A stretch of DNA of 64,000 nt, taken from the NCBI GenBank assembly GCA_030390025.1, contig JASTWF010000069.1:248001-312000 (forward strand), read 5' to 3'. This document shows positions 1 through 12,509 of the stretch, piece after piece. A program made the translations under genes and the position numbers. This DNA comes from Squalus acanthias (Eukaryota). The notes under the pieces were generated by a model. It was not told the origin of the DNA. It worked only from the letters and a program-made list of their open reading frames with translations, and ran no database searches. Each line of letters begins with the position of its first letter. Within the stretch, counting starts at the first letter, position 1.

Positions 1-1404
1 AGCCTTGATTGTTCTGGAGCCACGTCTCTGTAATCCCAATCACATCATATCCGTTAACATCAATTTGCACAGTCAATTCATCCACCTTATTATGGATACT
101 CCTTGCATTAAGACACAGAGCCTTTAGGCTTGTTTTATTAACACCCTTTGTCCTTTTAGACTTATGATTTAGTATGGCCCTTTGTGTTTCTTGCCTTTGT
201 TTACTCGGATTTCCCTTATTGTTTCTCACCCTTCTAACATTTGTTTCTGACTGCATATTACTTCCCCCTGTTTCGCTACATAGGTTCCCATTCCCCTGCC
301 ATATTAGTTTAAATCCTCCCGAACTGCCTTAGCAAATATTACCCCGAGGACATCGGTTCCAGTCCTGCCCAAGTGTAGACCGTCCCTTTTGTACAGGTCC
401 CACTTCCCCCAGAACTGGTTCCAATGCCTCAGGTATTTGAATCCCTCCCTCCTGCACCACTGCTCAAGCCACGTATTTAATCTCGCTATCCTGTTCATGC
501 TACTCTGATTAGCACGTGGCACTGGTAGCAACCCAGAGATTACTACCTTTGAGGTCCTACTTTTCAATTTAGCTCCTAGCTCCCTAAATTCTGCTTGTAG
601 GACCTCTTCCCGCTTTTTACCTATATCGTTGGTACCTACATGCACCACGACAGCTGGCTCTTCACCCTCCCTTTCCAGAATGTTCTGCAGCCGCTCCGAG
701 ACATCCTTGGCCCTTGCACCAGGGAGGCAACATACCATCCTGGAATCTCGGTTGCGGCCACAGAAACTCCTGTCTATTCCCCTTACAATTGAGTCCCCTA
801 TCACTATAGCTCTACCACTCTTTTTCCCGCCCTGCTGTGCAGCAGAGCCAGCCATGGTGCCATGAACCTGGCTGCTGGTGCCTTCCCCTGGTAAGTCATT
901 TCCCCCAACAGTATCCAAAACGGTATATCTGTTTTGGAGGGAGACGACCACAGGGGACTCCTGCACTACCTTCCTGATATTGCCCTGCCTCTTGGTCACC
1001 CATTTACTGTCTGACCTAGCCTTTACCCGCGGTGTGTTCAACTCACTAAATGAGTAATCCACAAAGTTCTCGGCATCGTGGATGCTCCAGAGTGAGTCCA
1101 TCCGCAGCTCCAGTGCCGCCATGCGGTCCGTCAGGAGCTGCAGCTGGACGCACTTCCTGCACACATAGTTGTCAGGGACACTGGAAGTGTCCCTGATTTC
1201 CCACATAGCACAGGAGGAGCACGACACGGTTCCGAGATTTCCTGCCATGACTTAACCCTTATATTACTTTATTAAGTTAAGTCCCTGAAAACAAAATATA
1301 AATCGAACCTACCTTTTAAATTCCCTCTACCCCTAAAGGTTAGAGGAGGTGGGAGACACTACTAGTGTAGTGTCTCGGGTTTAGCAACAGCTCCACCTAT
1401 ATAC
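1..1404 (-). mobile_element. CR1-clade LINE, 5' part (5'UTR, ORF1, start of ORF2), runs off the window
   Basis: Intact ORF1 at 304-1248. The reverse complement of 1-130 reads SLKALCLNARSIHNKVDEL...YDVIGITETWLQ, an apurinic endonuclease N-terminus. A 10-bp-stem hairpin lies in the 5'UTR at 1353-1376. Confidence 0.9.
304..1248 (-). CDS. CR1 LINE ORF1p (N-terminal CxxC..CxxC zinc finger/coiled coil + SGNH/GDSL esterase domain)
   Basis: 314-aa ORF with CSSC...CRKC, VIGDSIVR, LPGA, VHVGTND and DGLHL motifs. Confidence 0.92.
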   Translation of the reverse strand: MAGNLGTVSCSSCAMWEIRDTSSVPDNYVCRKCVQLQLLTDRMAALELRMDSLWSIHDAENFVDYSFSELNTPRVKARSDSKWVTKRQGNIRKVVQESPVVVSLQNRYTVLDTVGGNDLPGEGTSSQVHGTMAGSAAQQGGKKSGRAIVIGDSIVRGIDRSFCGRNRDSRMVCCLPGARAKDVSERLQNILEREGEEPAVVVHVGTNDIGKKREEVLQAEFRELGAKLKSRTSKVVISGLLPVPRANQSSMNRIARLNTWLEQWCRREGFKYLRHWNQFWGKWDLYKRDGLHLGRTGTDVLGVIFAKAVREDLN

Positions 1405-1592
1405 GGGTACCAATGAATTGGCCCCGCCCTGTGACTTTGACTCCTGCTGATTGATTAGAAAACTGGTTTCCACTGCCTGCTGTGCCAATTTACTGCTACT
1501 GCAGTGTAACCTTGTTTTACTCTTCTTTCTCTTTTGATGCAAACCAATTAAATATCTGTAACTCAGTAAAACTTTAAAGGAAACTTAACAAA

Positions 1593-4500
1593 TCAAATTA
1601 AAATTTGGTAGTCCGGGGTGACGATGCACTCCAGTCCCCGCGGCGCCCACCAGTCACGGAAAAACTCAAGCGTGCCGGCGGACACCGCGTGCTCCATCTC
1701 CAGGGCCACCCGGGCGCGAACATGGCCGCGGAAGAGAGGCAGGCAATCGGGCCGAACGACCCCCTCGACCGCCCGCTGCCTGGACCAATTAATGGCTTTC
1801 TTAGCCAGGCCCAGGAGCAGTCCCACGAGGAGGTCCTCCGACCTGCCCGCTCCCCTCCGCACCGGGTGACCGTAGATCAGGAGCGTGGGGCTGAAGTGCA
1901 ACCAGAAATTGAGGAGCAGCCCCTTCAAATAATGAAAGAGGGGCTGCAACCTCTCACACTCTATGTATATGTGAAACACGGACTCCTCCAGGCCGCAGAA
2001 ATGGCAAGCGGCCTGGGAGTCCGTAAACCTATTTAACAACCTATTGCACGGGACTGCTCCGTGCAACACCCTCCAGGCCAAGTCCCCAATAGAACAAGGG
2101 AAGACTCCCGCGTAGAGAGCCCTCCATTGGGGACCTTCGCCTCCGCCAGATGGCAAGATGGTATGCCAAGGCGTGTCCGGACGGCAGACGAAGATGGCAA
2201 AGTAGAGAGTGTGCAGGAGCAGCCCGTACCGGAAAGGCCTCCGTGCGGATTGAAAGGGCACGGAGGGCATTTCTCCGAGAAGGCTCAAGTGGTGAGGCGG
2301 CAGCTCCCGAGGGAGGATTCGGGGCCGGGCGCCGATAAGGAATTCCGTCCGAACGGGGGTCAGCTCGGACGGGATCGCCCCACGTGCTTGAGCCTCCTCG
2401 ATGCACCTAGTGGAGTCGGGGCCCAGTGCCACTTTTAGCGAATCGATGGCTTTGACCGCGAGCCGGACGTTGATCCAAGACATGCGCCTCGCCAACTCCT
2501 CCGGCGCCATCCAGCCCGCTCCTCCGCCATCGAGCAGGTCCCCGACTCTGGTCACCTTACCGGGCACAGCCCTGCCCTCCGCCAGCCGGCCGAACCCGCG
2601 GTCGTGGAGGTGCGGATTCCTGAGCAGCGGCTCCCGAAGGACGGCCGCCGCTCCTGACGGGGGAGAACTGCGCCTGGAGGCGACGCTGTTCCAAACCCAT
2701 AGCAGTTCCTGGTAGAAGACAGGCAGCTCCCGCAGGCTGGCACGCGTGCCGCCCACTCTCACAAACAGGAGCTGCGTGTCGTAATTGAGGCCGTGCAGCT
2801 GGCGGAAGAAATACGTCGCCAGCGCACGCCACCTAGGAGGATTCTCCACGTACAGGTATCTCTGCAGCGTCTGAAGACGGAAAGTCGCCGCCTGGGTGCG
2901 AAGGCACACCAGCGCCTGACCGCCCTCCCTAAGCGGGAGACTCAGAACCGCGGCAAAGACCCAGTGCTTCCTTTTGTCCCAGAAGAAGTCGACGAGCTTC
3001 TTCTGCATCTTGGCGACAAACGCAGGGGGAGGGATCAAAGTGACCAACCGGTACCACAACATGGCGGCCACCAGCTGGTTTATGACCAGCGCTCGACCCC
3101 TGTAGGACAACACTCGGAGCAGTCCTGTCCAGCGCCCTAGGCGAGCGGTGACTTTGGCCTCCAGCTCTTGCCAGTTCGCCGGCCAGGCATCCTCGGCCGG
3201 GCTGAGGTAGACTCCCAGGTAGAGGAGGTGCGTTGTGCTCCAGGTGAAGGGCCTGAACTCCTCCGGCAGGGAGTCCACCTGCCACGGGCCCACCAGGAGT
3301 CCAGAACATTTCTCCCAGTTGATCTTGGCGGAGGATGCGTCCGAGTAAATCTGCTGGCATTCTCGCATCCTCCGCAAGTCAACGGGATCCGTGACCGCGA
3401 GGAGCACGTCATCGGCGAAAGCCGAGAGGACCACCTCCATGCCCGGCCCTTGCAGAGCCAGTCCCGTCAACCTCTTCCGCAAGAGGCGCAGGAAAGGCTC
3501 CACGCAAACGGCGTATAACTGACCAGACATGGGGCATCCCTGACGCACCCCCCTCCCGAAGCGAAGGGGCGCCGTCAAAGACCCGTTAACTTTAATCAGA
3601 CACTCCGCGGCGGCGTACAGAAGTCGGATCCGGGCGACGAAATGCGTCCCGAACCCGAAAGCACGCAGGGTCCCGAAAAGATACTCGTGATCCACCCTGT
3701 CGAACGCCTTCTCCTGATCCAGGGAAAGGAAGGCGACCGACAGACCAGCCCTCTGGGAATGGTGGACCAGGTCCCGGACCAGGTGGATGTTGTCGTGGAT
3801 TGACAGGCCCGGGACCGTGTAGGACTGGTCAGGGTGGATCATGTGGGCCAACACGGTGCCAAGGCGAGCAGACATAGCCCTGGCGAAAATTTTGTAGTCC
3901 GTGCTGAGGAGGGAGACCGGGCGCCAGTTCTTAAGAAGGCGGAGATCGCCCTTCTTGGGCAGCAGGACGATGACCGCCCTGCGCCAAGAGAGGGGCATCT
4001 CCCCAGTCGCCAGACTTTCCCCCAGGACCCGCGCGTAGTCGTCCCCCAAGACGTCCCAGAACGCCCTGTGGAACTCCACGGTCAGCCCGTCCTGCCCCGG
4101 GGACTTGCCCCTCGAGAGCTGGCGCAGGGCGCCGGTCAGCTCCGCCAGGCTTAGCGGAGCTTCTAAATTCTCGGCGCCCCCGGGCCGACCTTCGGCAGGT
4201 CCTCCCACAAAACTCTGCGCGCATCCTCGCTGGACGGATCCGAAGAGAACAGAGCCCCGTAATAGGCCCGGGCCTCCGTGCTGATGCCCTCCGGATCCGA
4301 GACCAGAGATCCGTCGTCGGCCAGCAGCCCCAAGAGCTGCTTACGGACCCCCCGTCTTTTTTCCAGCGAGTAGAAGGGGGAGCCGCGGTCCAGGTCCCGC
4401 AGGAACTGGATCCGCGACCTCACGTACGCGCCTCGGGACCCGACCAGCTGCAGGTCCTTCAGCGCACCCTTCTTCTCTTCGTACACCTTCCGCAGGGCCG

Positions 4501-5489
4501 GGTCCTCGACGACTTGACCGAGACGGGACTCCAGGTCGAGCACTTCTTTCTCCAATCGCCCGACCCGGGCCTCCCGCCTCTTGGTCGACCCCTTCGCGTA
4601 CTCCTGACAGAAGACGCGGACGTGAGCCTTGCCCACGTCCCACCATAGCCTCAAGGAGGGGAAGCCTCCCCGCTTCCTCCTCCAGTCGGCCCAGAACCGG
4701 CGAAACGAATCCCGGAACCGCGCGTCCTCCAGCAGCAGGTTGTTAAAATGCCAGTACGCGGACCCCCCCCCGCGCGCGCAGCGGAGCGAGCTCCGCCCAC
4801 ACCAGGTAGTGGTCCGTGCATGGCACCGGCCGCATGGAAGCCGCCGGAACGCAGGAGACGTACGCCCGGGAAATGTAAAGGCGGTCGATTCTGGACCTTC
4901 CTCCTCCAGACCTCACGCTCGTGAAGGCGCTGGAGTCGGGATGGAGATTTCGCCAGACGTCCACCAAGTCGAAGGACCCGTCCAGGTCCCGCAACTTTTC
5001 CATCACCGCCGGGCTTCGCGGGGGACCCGACCGGTCCCGCGCCTCGAGGTTACAATTGAAATCCCCCCCGAGGATGACGCACTCGCCCATGTCGATGGAG
5101 CCCAGAAGAGCGGACACTTCTCCGAAGAAGCGCACTTGCTGCGCACCGGTCCGGGGGGCGTACACGTTCACTAAATGGAGCGGCACGCCTCCCAGGCGAA
5201 CAGTGACCTGGAGCAAGCGGCCCGGCACGTGCTCCTTGACCCTCAAGATCTCCGGCTGAAAATGCGGGGCCAGCAAGATGGCCACCCCGCAGGAATTGTT
5301 GGAGAGGTGACTCATGCTGACCCCTCCTTGCCACTCCAGGAGCCACGTGGCCTCGTCTCCCGGAACGGTGTGGGTTTCTTGCAGGAAGCACACCGCATAT
5401 TTCCCGTCCCGAAGTACCGAGAAGTTATTGAATCTACAGTGCGCCTCCCTGCTGCCGTTGATGTTAAGGCTGGCTATGGTTATCTTCAT
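1593..5489 (-). pseudogene. Tx1 ORF2 (APE + reverse transcriptase + C-terminal zinc finger), split over several frames
   Basis: MKITIASLNING, LQETH, GGDFN, SRIDR, TDH (4743-5489); LDQEKAFDRVDH, GVRQGCPMS, AFADD, CHFC...HIYIEC (1593-4208); linker in 4163-4654. Confidence 0.9.
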
Positions 5490-5514
5490 CTCAGAAGCCT
5501 AGTGCAACCTCTAC

Positions 5515-7689
5515 CTAACGGGGTGGGGGGGGGGGTGGGGGGAGCGCGGTCACTGACGACCGCCACTCCCTCAGCAGCCCAGTGTGGAACATCCTGAGCC
5601 GACGCAGCTTGGGCCGGCTTACGTCCTTGTCCGCGCCCATGATTTTAACGGCGGCGCGGACGGACCGGACGAGCAGCGCCAGCTCCGACCACTTGTCGAG
5701 GGCCAGCCGGATCTTATTATGACGACCCCGGCACGTGGCCATAAAATCCCAGAGTTTCCCTACGGGGATGAGGGGAGAGTCGGTGAGGGGCATGAGGGTG
5801 TCCACCGTCTCGCTTCCGATGGACTCCAAATCGTCCTCGGTGCCCAACACCGAGTCCCCGTCCTCCTCCGGGAGGTCGTCACCGGCGGCCGACCTGTCCG
5901 TCGCACGGGGTGCAGCGAACAGCTCGGCCGCACCGGACGGCCCCGCCTCTGTCACGGTCCCACCCCCAGGATCGGTGGCAGAGGAGTCCTCCCTGGGCTC
6001 CTTCAGGGGCGCCGGGCCGGGAGGCGGCGGCGGTTCGGGGCCCCCCTCCACCTCGGGCGCCCGGAGAAACCGGGGAGAAAACAATTCCCAGTTCCTCCAG
6101 CACGTCCGCCGCCAACGTCAGGGACGGAGTCAGGGGGCTTTCTGTCTCCCCGCCACCAACCTCCGACCCAGCGGGCTGGGGATAATTGTACTCCTCCACC
6201 AGGTCGAGCAGTCCCTGGGAGATGTCTGGGTCGTAGTGGGCGGGCTCAGCTTCGGCCTCTTTGGCCTCGCCCGCCCCAGTCCCCAGGACGCCCGACCCGG
6301 CGAAGAGCAACGGTTCTGGCACTTCTTTATTATTAATTTCCGCGGGTTGTTCTGCGGCCCCCCCCACGGGCAGGGTCTCTTCCCCATCCCCGGGAGGCAC
6401 AGGCCGGACAGACTTGTCTGTCTCACCCTCCCGAGGGACAGGAGACCCCTGCCGATCGCGCGCGATGGTGACGGTGGTGGGGTGGGACGCAGCACCCGCG
6501 GCGGGCGACGACTCCCCTTGTGCGGAGGGACCTTCCTCCTCGCAGTCCTCCTCCTGGGGGTCGTGCCTCCTTTTTAACGTGTTGGGGCCCGGAGAGGGGG
6601 AGGCCTCCATGTCTGCCGGGGCCTCCCTCTCCGTCCCCTCCCGATGACTGGGTTTCTTGGGCCCCTCGGGCCCGAGCCCGGCCGCAGGTCCTGATTTATC
6701 TGCCTCGGCAGTTGCGGTCATGGGCCCGGGCACGAGGACCCCCCCAATCTCACGCGTCTCCGTTAACTCCGCGAGGAGCGCGGGCGTGAGTTCTGGCAGT
6801 TCAGTTGTTTCCTCCACGAGGGGACCCGCCCTGAGGTGCTTGGTCTTTTTCAGCGCCTTCCTTCCCCTCGGACGCTCTCCCTCCCCCCCGCCGGAGGCCG
6901 TGATGGTGTTGGCCCCCGACGTCGACCGCGCATCTGTTGTCCTTGACGCGCGGGTAGTATCAGGGGGAGGGGGGGCGGCGGCGCCAGCCCTGGCCGCACT
7001 GGATGTCGTGGCGGCCTTGGAGGCGGGGCAGTTTTTCCGGACGTGCCCCACCCCCTTACAGGCGTAGCACCGCACGCCGTCCGAGGTCCAGAAGACGCGA
7101 TGGGCGGTCCCCCCGTGGAGCACCGTGAACGCGCCGTCCGTGTCCTCCTCCCGCGCCAGCCGGACGAAAAGCTGGCACCGGAAGGAGAAGATGTGCCGGA
7201 GGCTGGCTTCCCGGAAGCCGAGCGGGATGGGTGTGATCCCCGACCTCACCTCCCCCAGTTGACGTAGGTGGGGGAGGAGGAGCTCACCCGGAACAAAGGG
7301 CGGGACGTTAGAGATAACAATTCTCTGCGCGGTGGCCTCAAGGGGGTCCACCGGCAGGAAGGTCCCGCCCACGGTGAGCCCCTTTTCAATGGCCAGGGAC
7401 ACCGCCCGCTCTGACCCCAGGAAGAACACATCTTAGAGGCGGCAACGATGGCTGAAGGGCCGACAACCCCAGCCATGGCTTTTACGCACGCCTCTATACT
7501 CATGTTGGGGTGAGTGTAGCTCTTGACCCCATTCTTCCTCGTGAGGAGTGTAAAAGGTGACGAGGTAACAGGAGGACCCGTGGCTGCGGCCGTGGCCGCG
7601 GCTGCCACGCTCGTGTAGGTCCTCGCTGCCCCCGCCACCGACGAAGATGTGGTCGCCATAATGGGTGGGTCTTTAAGGGCTACACTCAC
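5515..7689 (-). pseudogene. Tx1 ORF1 (gag-like, CCHC zinc knuckle), frameshifted
   Basis: Pieces 7246-7689, 5879-7429 (ISNVPPFVP, CYACKGVGHVRKNC) and 5515-6084. Confidence 0.85.
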
Positions 7690-7746
7690 CCCAAGTCACA
7701 GGCCTGAAGGTGTTAATGGCCTCGGTGTGTTTTTTTTCCCCCTGAG

Positions 7747-8636
7747 CAGATTGGTGGAGTAGTGGATGAGGTGGAGGGCAGTTGTAGGCTGCAAAGAGAC
7801 ATTGATAGGATGCAGAGCTGGGCCGAAAAATGGCAGATGGAATTTAACCCTGATAAGTGCGAGGTGATTCATTTTGGTAGGGCAAATTTGAATAAGGATT
7901 ACAGGGTCAACGGCAGGGTTCTGAGGAATGTGGAGGAGCAGAGGGATCTGGGGGTTCATATCCACAGATCTCTGAAGGTTGCCACTCAAGTGGATAGAGC
8001 AGTAAAGAAGGCCTATGGTGTGTTAGCGTTTATTAACAGAGGGTTTGAGTTTAAGAACCGTGAGGTTATGCTGCAACTGTACAGGACCTTGGTGAGACCA
8101 CATTTGGAATATTGTGTGCAGTTCTGGTCACCTCACTATAGGAAGGACGTAGAAGCATTGGAAAGAGTGCAAAGGAGATTTACCAGGATGCTGCCTGGTT
8201 TGGGGGGGAGGTCTTATGAGGAAAGATTGAGGGAGTTGGGGCTTTTCTCTTTAGAGCGGAGGAGGATGAGAGGCGACTTAATAGAGGTTTATAAGATGAT
8301 GAGGGGGATAGATAGAGTGGATGTTCAGAGACTATTTCCTCGGGTAGAGGCAGCTGTTACAAGGGGGCATAACTATAAGGTGCATGGGGGGAGATATAGA
8401 AGGGATGTCCGAGGTAGATTCTTTACTCAGAGAGTGGTTGGGGTGTGGAATGGACTGCCTGCTGTGATAGTGGAGTCGGACACTTTAGGAACTTTCAAGC
8501 GGTTATTGGATAAGCACATGGAGCACACCAGTGTGATAGGGAGTGTGATAGCTTGATCTTGGTCTCGGACAATGCTCGGCACAACATCGAGGGCCGAAGG
8601 GCCTGTACTGTGCTGTACTGTTCTATGTTCTATGTT
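7747..8636 (+). mobile_element. 5'-truncated CR1 LINE (RT C-terminus + 3'UTR) nested in the Tx1 5'UTR
   Basis: ORF 7762-8556 (WQMEFNPDKC, LVRPHLEYCVQFW), (TTCTATG)n tail, CAGA at both junctions. Confidence 0.9.
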
Positions 8637-9600
8637 CAGAGGGAGCTGTTAAATTGAAGGCACACCTCTCCCTTTATTTGATTGGATTAGGAGAGGGGCC
8701 TTCTCCCCTCTGCTCAATGGGTAGTTAATTAAAAAGTAAATGAGGTGCCTCTTAGAGAGAGAGGCAGAGAGAGACAAGAGACAAAGAGAGAGAGAGAGGG
8801 GGTGGGAAGGAGGGAAGCCGCAAGGGCAGGGTCGCCACTCAGGATGGTGGGTGGGTGTTGGCAGGGGGTGCACTCTCCGATGTAAAGTAAAGTCCTTTTC
8901 GGTGGTCTTCTGGGGGGGGTGGGGGGGGAGATGTCTTCACCTGGGAAAGCTGGAGATGCCCAGGCTCAGTCCTGCACCAGGTCTTAACGATGCCCCAATA
9001 AGATTAATTTAATTGGGGGACTTCACCTAGGCAGCTCCAGCTGTCCCAGGTCAGGCAATGGGAAGGGGTGTTTAGTATGGTGTGTGCGGCCGAGTTTTAA
9101 CAAAAGCCACACACACACACACACACCCCTTGGATGTTCCGGCCTTCTTCTATTCTTCTTTCCTCCCCCCACCGACAAAACAAAGTCTCTGGGAGAGTGC
9201 ACCAGAATAACACCCACCTGTAGATGAAGTTTCTTCCTCCCTCCTTCCAAACAGATGATGGTTGTTGTGCTGTTTTCTCCCCTCTCCTAAAATGGAGGCC
9301 AATTGGGGAGGCAGTATGGAAAGGCCTCTCCTCCTCTGATGTTGATGGCCTTCCTTTCTTTCTCCTTCTCCTCTCCTGTCCTCTCTCTCCAGGCACCTCA
9401 GTTGTAGTGGTTGTGTTGGTGGTGGTCTGCAGTCTGGTTCCTCCTCCTCTCCCTGGTCAATGAGACCACCACTCTGCTGCTGCTCTCCTCACTCTCCTTC
9501 TGCTGGCTGATGAGGCACCCAAACTCACAGCAGCCTCTGCTGACTTGCACTCAGTGCTGGCTCGCACTCACACTGGTCTTTTTACTGTTTGTTTACAGCC

Positions 9601-10905
9601 AAAGTGTTGGCGGGCCTTCTTCTTGAACCGCCGCCATCCCGTGTGGTGAAGGAGCTCCCGCGGCGCCGTTAGGTCGGGAGTTGGCGGATTTTGAACCGGC
9701 GACGATGACGGAACGGCCAATATATCTCCAAGTCGGGGTCGATGTTTGTGTGACTCAGAGGGGGAACTTGGAGGCGATGGTGTTCCCATGCGCCGGCTGT
9801 CCTTGTCCTTCTAGGAGTGGTGCTGGAGGTGACGTGTTTGGGAGGTTTTGTCGAAGAATGTGGCACTGGGCACAGAAGAGAAAGAAGACTTGTTATCCTC
9901 CTTGTCCTGTCACCCTCCTCCAGGAAGCCTCAATCCCAGCCAATAAACTCATTCTTTCACTAAAAAAACCTCCTTTCGGGTAAATCCAACTGCTTCTCCA
10001 ATCTCATTGAACATTTCCCCCCCAACAGCTCCTTCCCTGGGCTTCCTTAATGTGTTTTTCCCTCAATAGACTGAGCTTTCTGAAGTTGGCCATTGAGTTT
10101 GACCTTTCACCTCCCAGCCCACTTTCCAATTTGAACCATTTTTAACCAACGGTTTTTGCTAGCACCTGTCGCGGGCCGGGAGGCAGCCGGCCAATCAGGG
10201 GCAGGAGAGCGCTGTCACTCAGCGGGCCGGCCCGCCCACTCTGACCCCGCCCCTTGTGGATCAGCGAACGTTGGAAGGTGCGGGGCCAGACTGGGCGGAC
10301 GGCCAGCTGAGTGACAGCGCTCCTCGGCCTCTGATTGGCCGGCTGCCTCCCGGCCCGCGACTGGCGCGAGCAGAAACCGTTGGGGAACAAATTGGAAAGT
10401 GGGCTGGGAGGTGAAAGGTCAAACTCAATGGCCAACTTCAGAAAGCTCAGTCTATTCGGGGAAAAACACATTTAGGAAGCCCAGAGAAGGAGCTGTTGGG
10501 GGGGAAATGTTTAATGAGATGGGAGAAGCAGTTGGATTGACCCGAAAGGAGGTTTTTTTTCGTGAAAGAATGAGTTTATTGGCTGGGATTGAAGCTTCCT
10601 GGAGGAGGGTGACAGGACAAGGAGGATAACAAGTCTTCTTTCTCTTCTGTGCCCAGTGCCACATTCTTCGACAAAACCTCCCAAACACGTCACCTCCAGC
10701 ACCACTCCTGGAAGGACAAGGACAGCCGGCGCATGGGAACACCATCGCCTCCGAGTCACACACTCACCGTCCCTGACTTGGAGATATATCGGCCGTTCCG
10801 TCATCGACGCCGGTTCAAAATCCCGCAACTCCCGACCTAACGGTGCCATGGGAGCACCTTCACCACACGGGATGGTGGCGGTTCAAGAAGGCCCGCCAAC
10901 ACTTT
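9601..10905. repeat. Long imperfect palindrome (~650-bp arms, ~27-bp spacer)
   Basis: 9601-~10251 is the reverse complement of ~10278-10905. Mirror ORFs 9681-9983(+) and 10452-10763(-) reflect this. Confidence 0.85.
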
Positions 10906-11535
10906 CTCAAGGGACGACGAGGGATGGGCAATAAATGCCGGCCTTGCCAGCGACATCTCAAGAATTATTATTTCAAAAATGTGGCAACTCATTCGTTCCA
11001 TTGCTTTTACATCCAGTAGATTGTGCTCCATTATGAAGACCCTTTTTATATGGACGGGTCCTTAGCCTGATGAACAATGCCCTACCAGGAGGGTCCGGCT
11101 AGATACGATGGGTGTCGGGTTGACACTCCGCTCCCATCGGGCACCAGAACCTCGCTGGATGTCAACCCAGTATTCAGAGACTGGAATTCTCGCCTCCGCC
11201 TGCCAGGGTAGAGCTAACAAGTAGGGATCGGAATAAAGAGGTAAAAAGGTGTCTGGTGAAAAAGCCACAGCAGGTTCAATGTGTCTCAGATACTGGAACA
11301 AGCCCAGCAGCAACCAATGGAGGGTTCAATGTGTCCTGGACACTGAAGTAAACTCAATCGCAATGATGAGGAAGGTCGAGTTGATCCTGGAGAATGCTTG
11401 CAATCAGAAGCAGTGTGTCTAGAGGCCACACGGACAGTCAAACATGACCCAAATCATAGCAACACGAGGAGAGACCCCCAACCAACAGTCCAATGAATCT
11501 CGGAAAGGTAAATCCCATTTTCAGTTTTCTCACTT

Positions 11536-12190
11536 TACACAAAGCAAGGTTCCACAAACAGCACTGAGATAAATGACCAGTTAATCTGTTTTGAATGTTG
11601 CTTGAGGGATAAATATTGGCCTGAGGACACGGGGGAGAACTCCCCTGCTCTTCTTTGAAATGATGGCCGTCCACCTGAGAGGCCTTGTTTAACGTTTCAT
11701 CCGAAAGACGGCACCTCCGACAGTGCGGCCCTGCCTCAGTACTGCCCCTCCGACAGTGCGGCGCGCCCTCAGTACTGCCCCTCCGACAGTGCGGCTCTCC
11801 CTCAGTACTGCTCCTCCGACAGTGCGGCACTCCCTCAGTACTGCCCCTCCGACAGTGCGGTGCTCCCTCAGTACTGCCCCTCTGACAGTGCGGCGCTCCC
11901 TCGGTTCTGCCCCTCCGACAGTGCGGAGCTGCCTCAGTACTGCCCCTCCGACAGTGCAGCGCTCCCTCAGTACTGCCCCTCCAACAGTGCATCGCTCCCT
12001 CAGTACTGCCCCTCCGACAGTGCGGAGCTCCCTCAGTACTGCCCCTCCGACAGTGCGGCGCTCCCTCAGAACTGCCCCTCCAACAGTGCGGCGCTCCCTC
12101 AGTACTGCCCCCCGACAGTGCGGAGCTCCCTCAGTACTGCCCCTCCGACAGTGCGGCGCTCCCTCAGAGCTATCCCTCCGACAGTGCATC
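11536..12190 (-). repeat. Deu-domain SINE fragment ending in a 33-bp minisatellite (~14 units, 11713-12190)
   Basis: Unit CAGTACTGCCCCTCCGACAGTGCGGCGCTCCCT, preceded by SINE body sequence (gagggataaatattggcc...aacgtttcatccgaaagacggcacc). Confidence 0.85.
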
Positions 12191-12335
12191 GCTCCCATCG
12201 ACAAACTGGTGCAAAACTTCACGCTCGGGTATTCGCCAAACTACTTGTAAATCTGGGACTGGGACATTCCCTTTGTAGGTACAGGGCAGCACAACCTGCC
12301 CCCCAAGAACCCAGAAACTGTGACAGGCAAAGAAC
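12187..12335 (-). pseudogene. Truncated IgV pseudo-exon (psiV1), inverted, upstream of gene A
   Basis: Reverse complement: ttccag|GSLPVTVSGF-(1-bp deletion)-GGQVVLPCTYKGNVPVPDLQVVWRIPEREVLHQFVDGSD, then minisatellite. The homologous upstream intron continues to ~12442. Confidence 0.9.
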
Positions 12336-12509
12336 CTGGAAAAGATTCAAAGTATTTATCCACAGATATAACCTCCCTGCTGGGACATTACATCCCAAGC
12401 TTCACAGGGATACACGGCAAGAAGCTCTGTGACCAATAACTGTGTGAGGCAGAGAGTGAACCGCAGTGTTACGGAAATTGAGAGGCTGCCGAACCACGAC
12501 GTGGTTCTG

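Larger units (their letters stand above)
1530..9575 (-). mobile_element. Tx1-clade (L1-like) non-LTR retrotransposon, near full length, with frameshifts
   Basis: Gag-like ORF1 with zinc knuckle followed by APE-RT-zinc finger ORF2. Very GC/CpG-rich. The long 5'UTR is interrupted by a CR1 piece. Ends are approximate. Confidence 0.85.

Noticed and set aside
1286-1313. Mini-intron (gtaggt...ttttcag, minus strand) in the CR1 5'UTR
   Set aside because: About 28 nt, too short for normal vertebrate splicing
1605-7267. Many overlapping plus-strand and off-frame ORFs within Tx1
   Set aside because: Shadow ORFs caused by high GC content
11713-12190. 33-bp arrays as CRISPR arrays or repeat proteins (RRGSTEGAPHC)n
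   Set aside because: Head-to-tail units with no unique spacers, SINE-derived, in a eukaryotic context. The ORFs are a by-product of a stop-free 33-bp unit.
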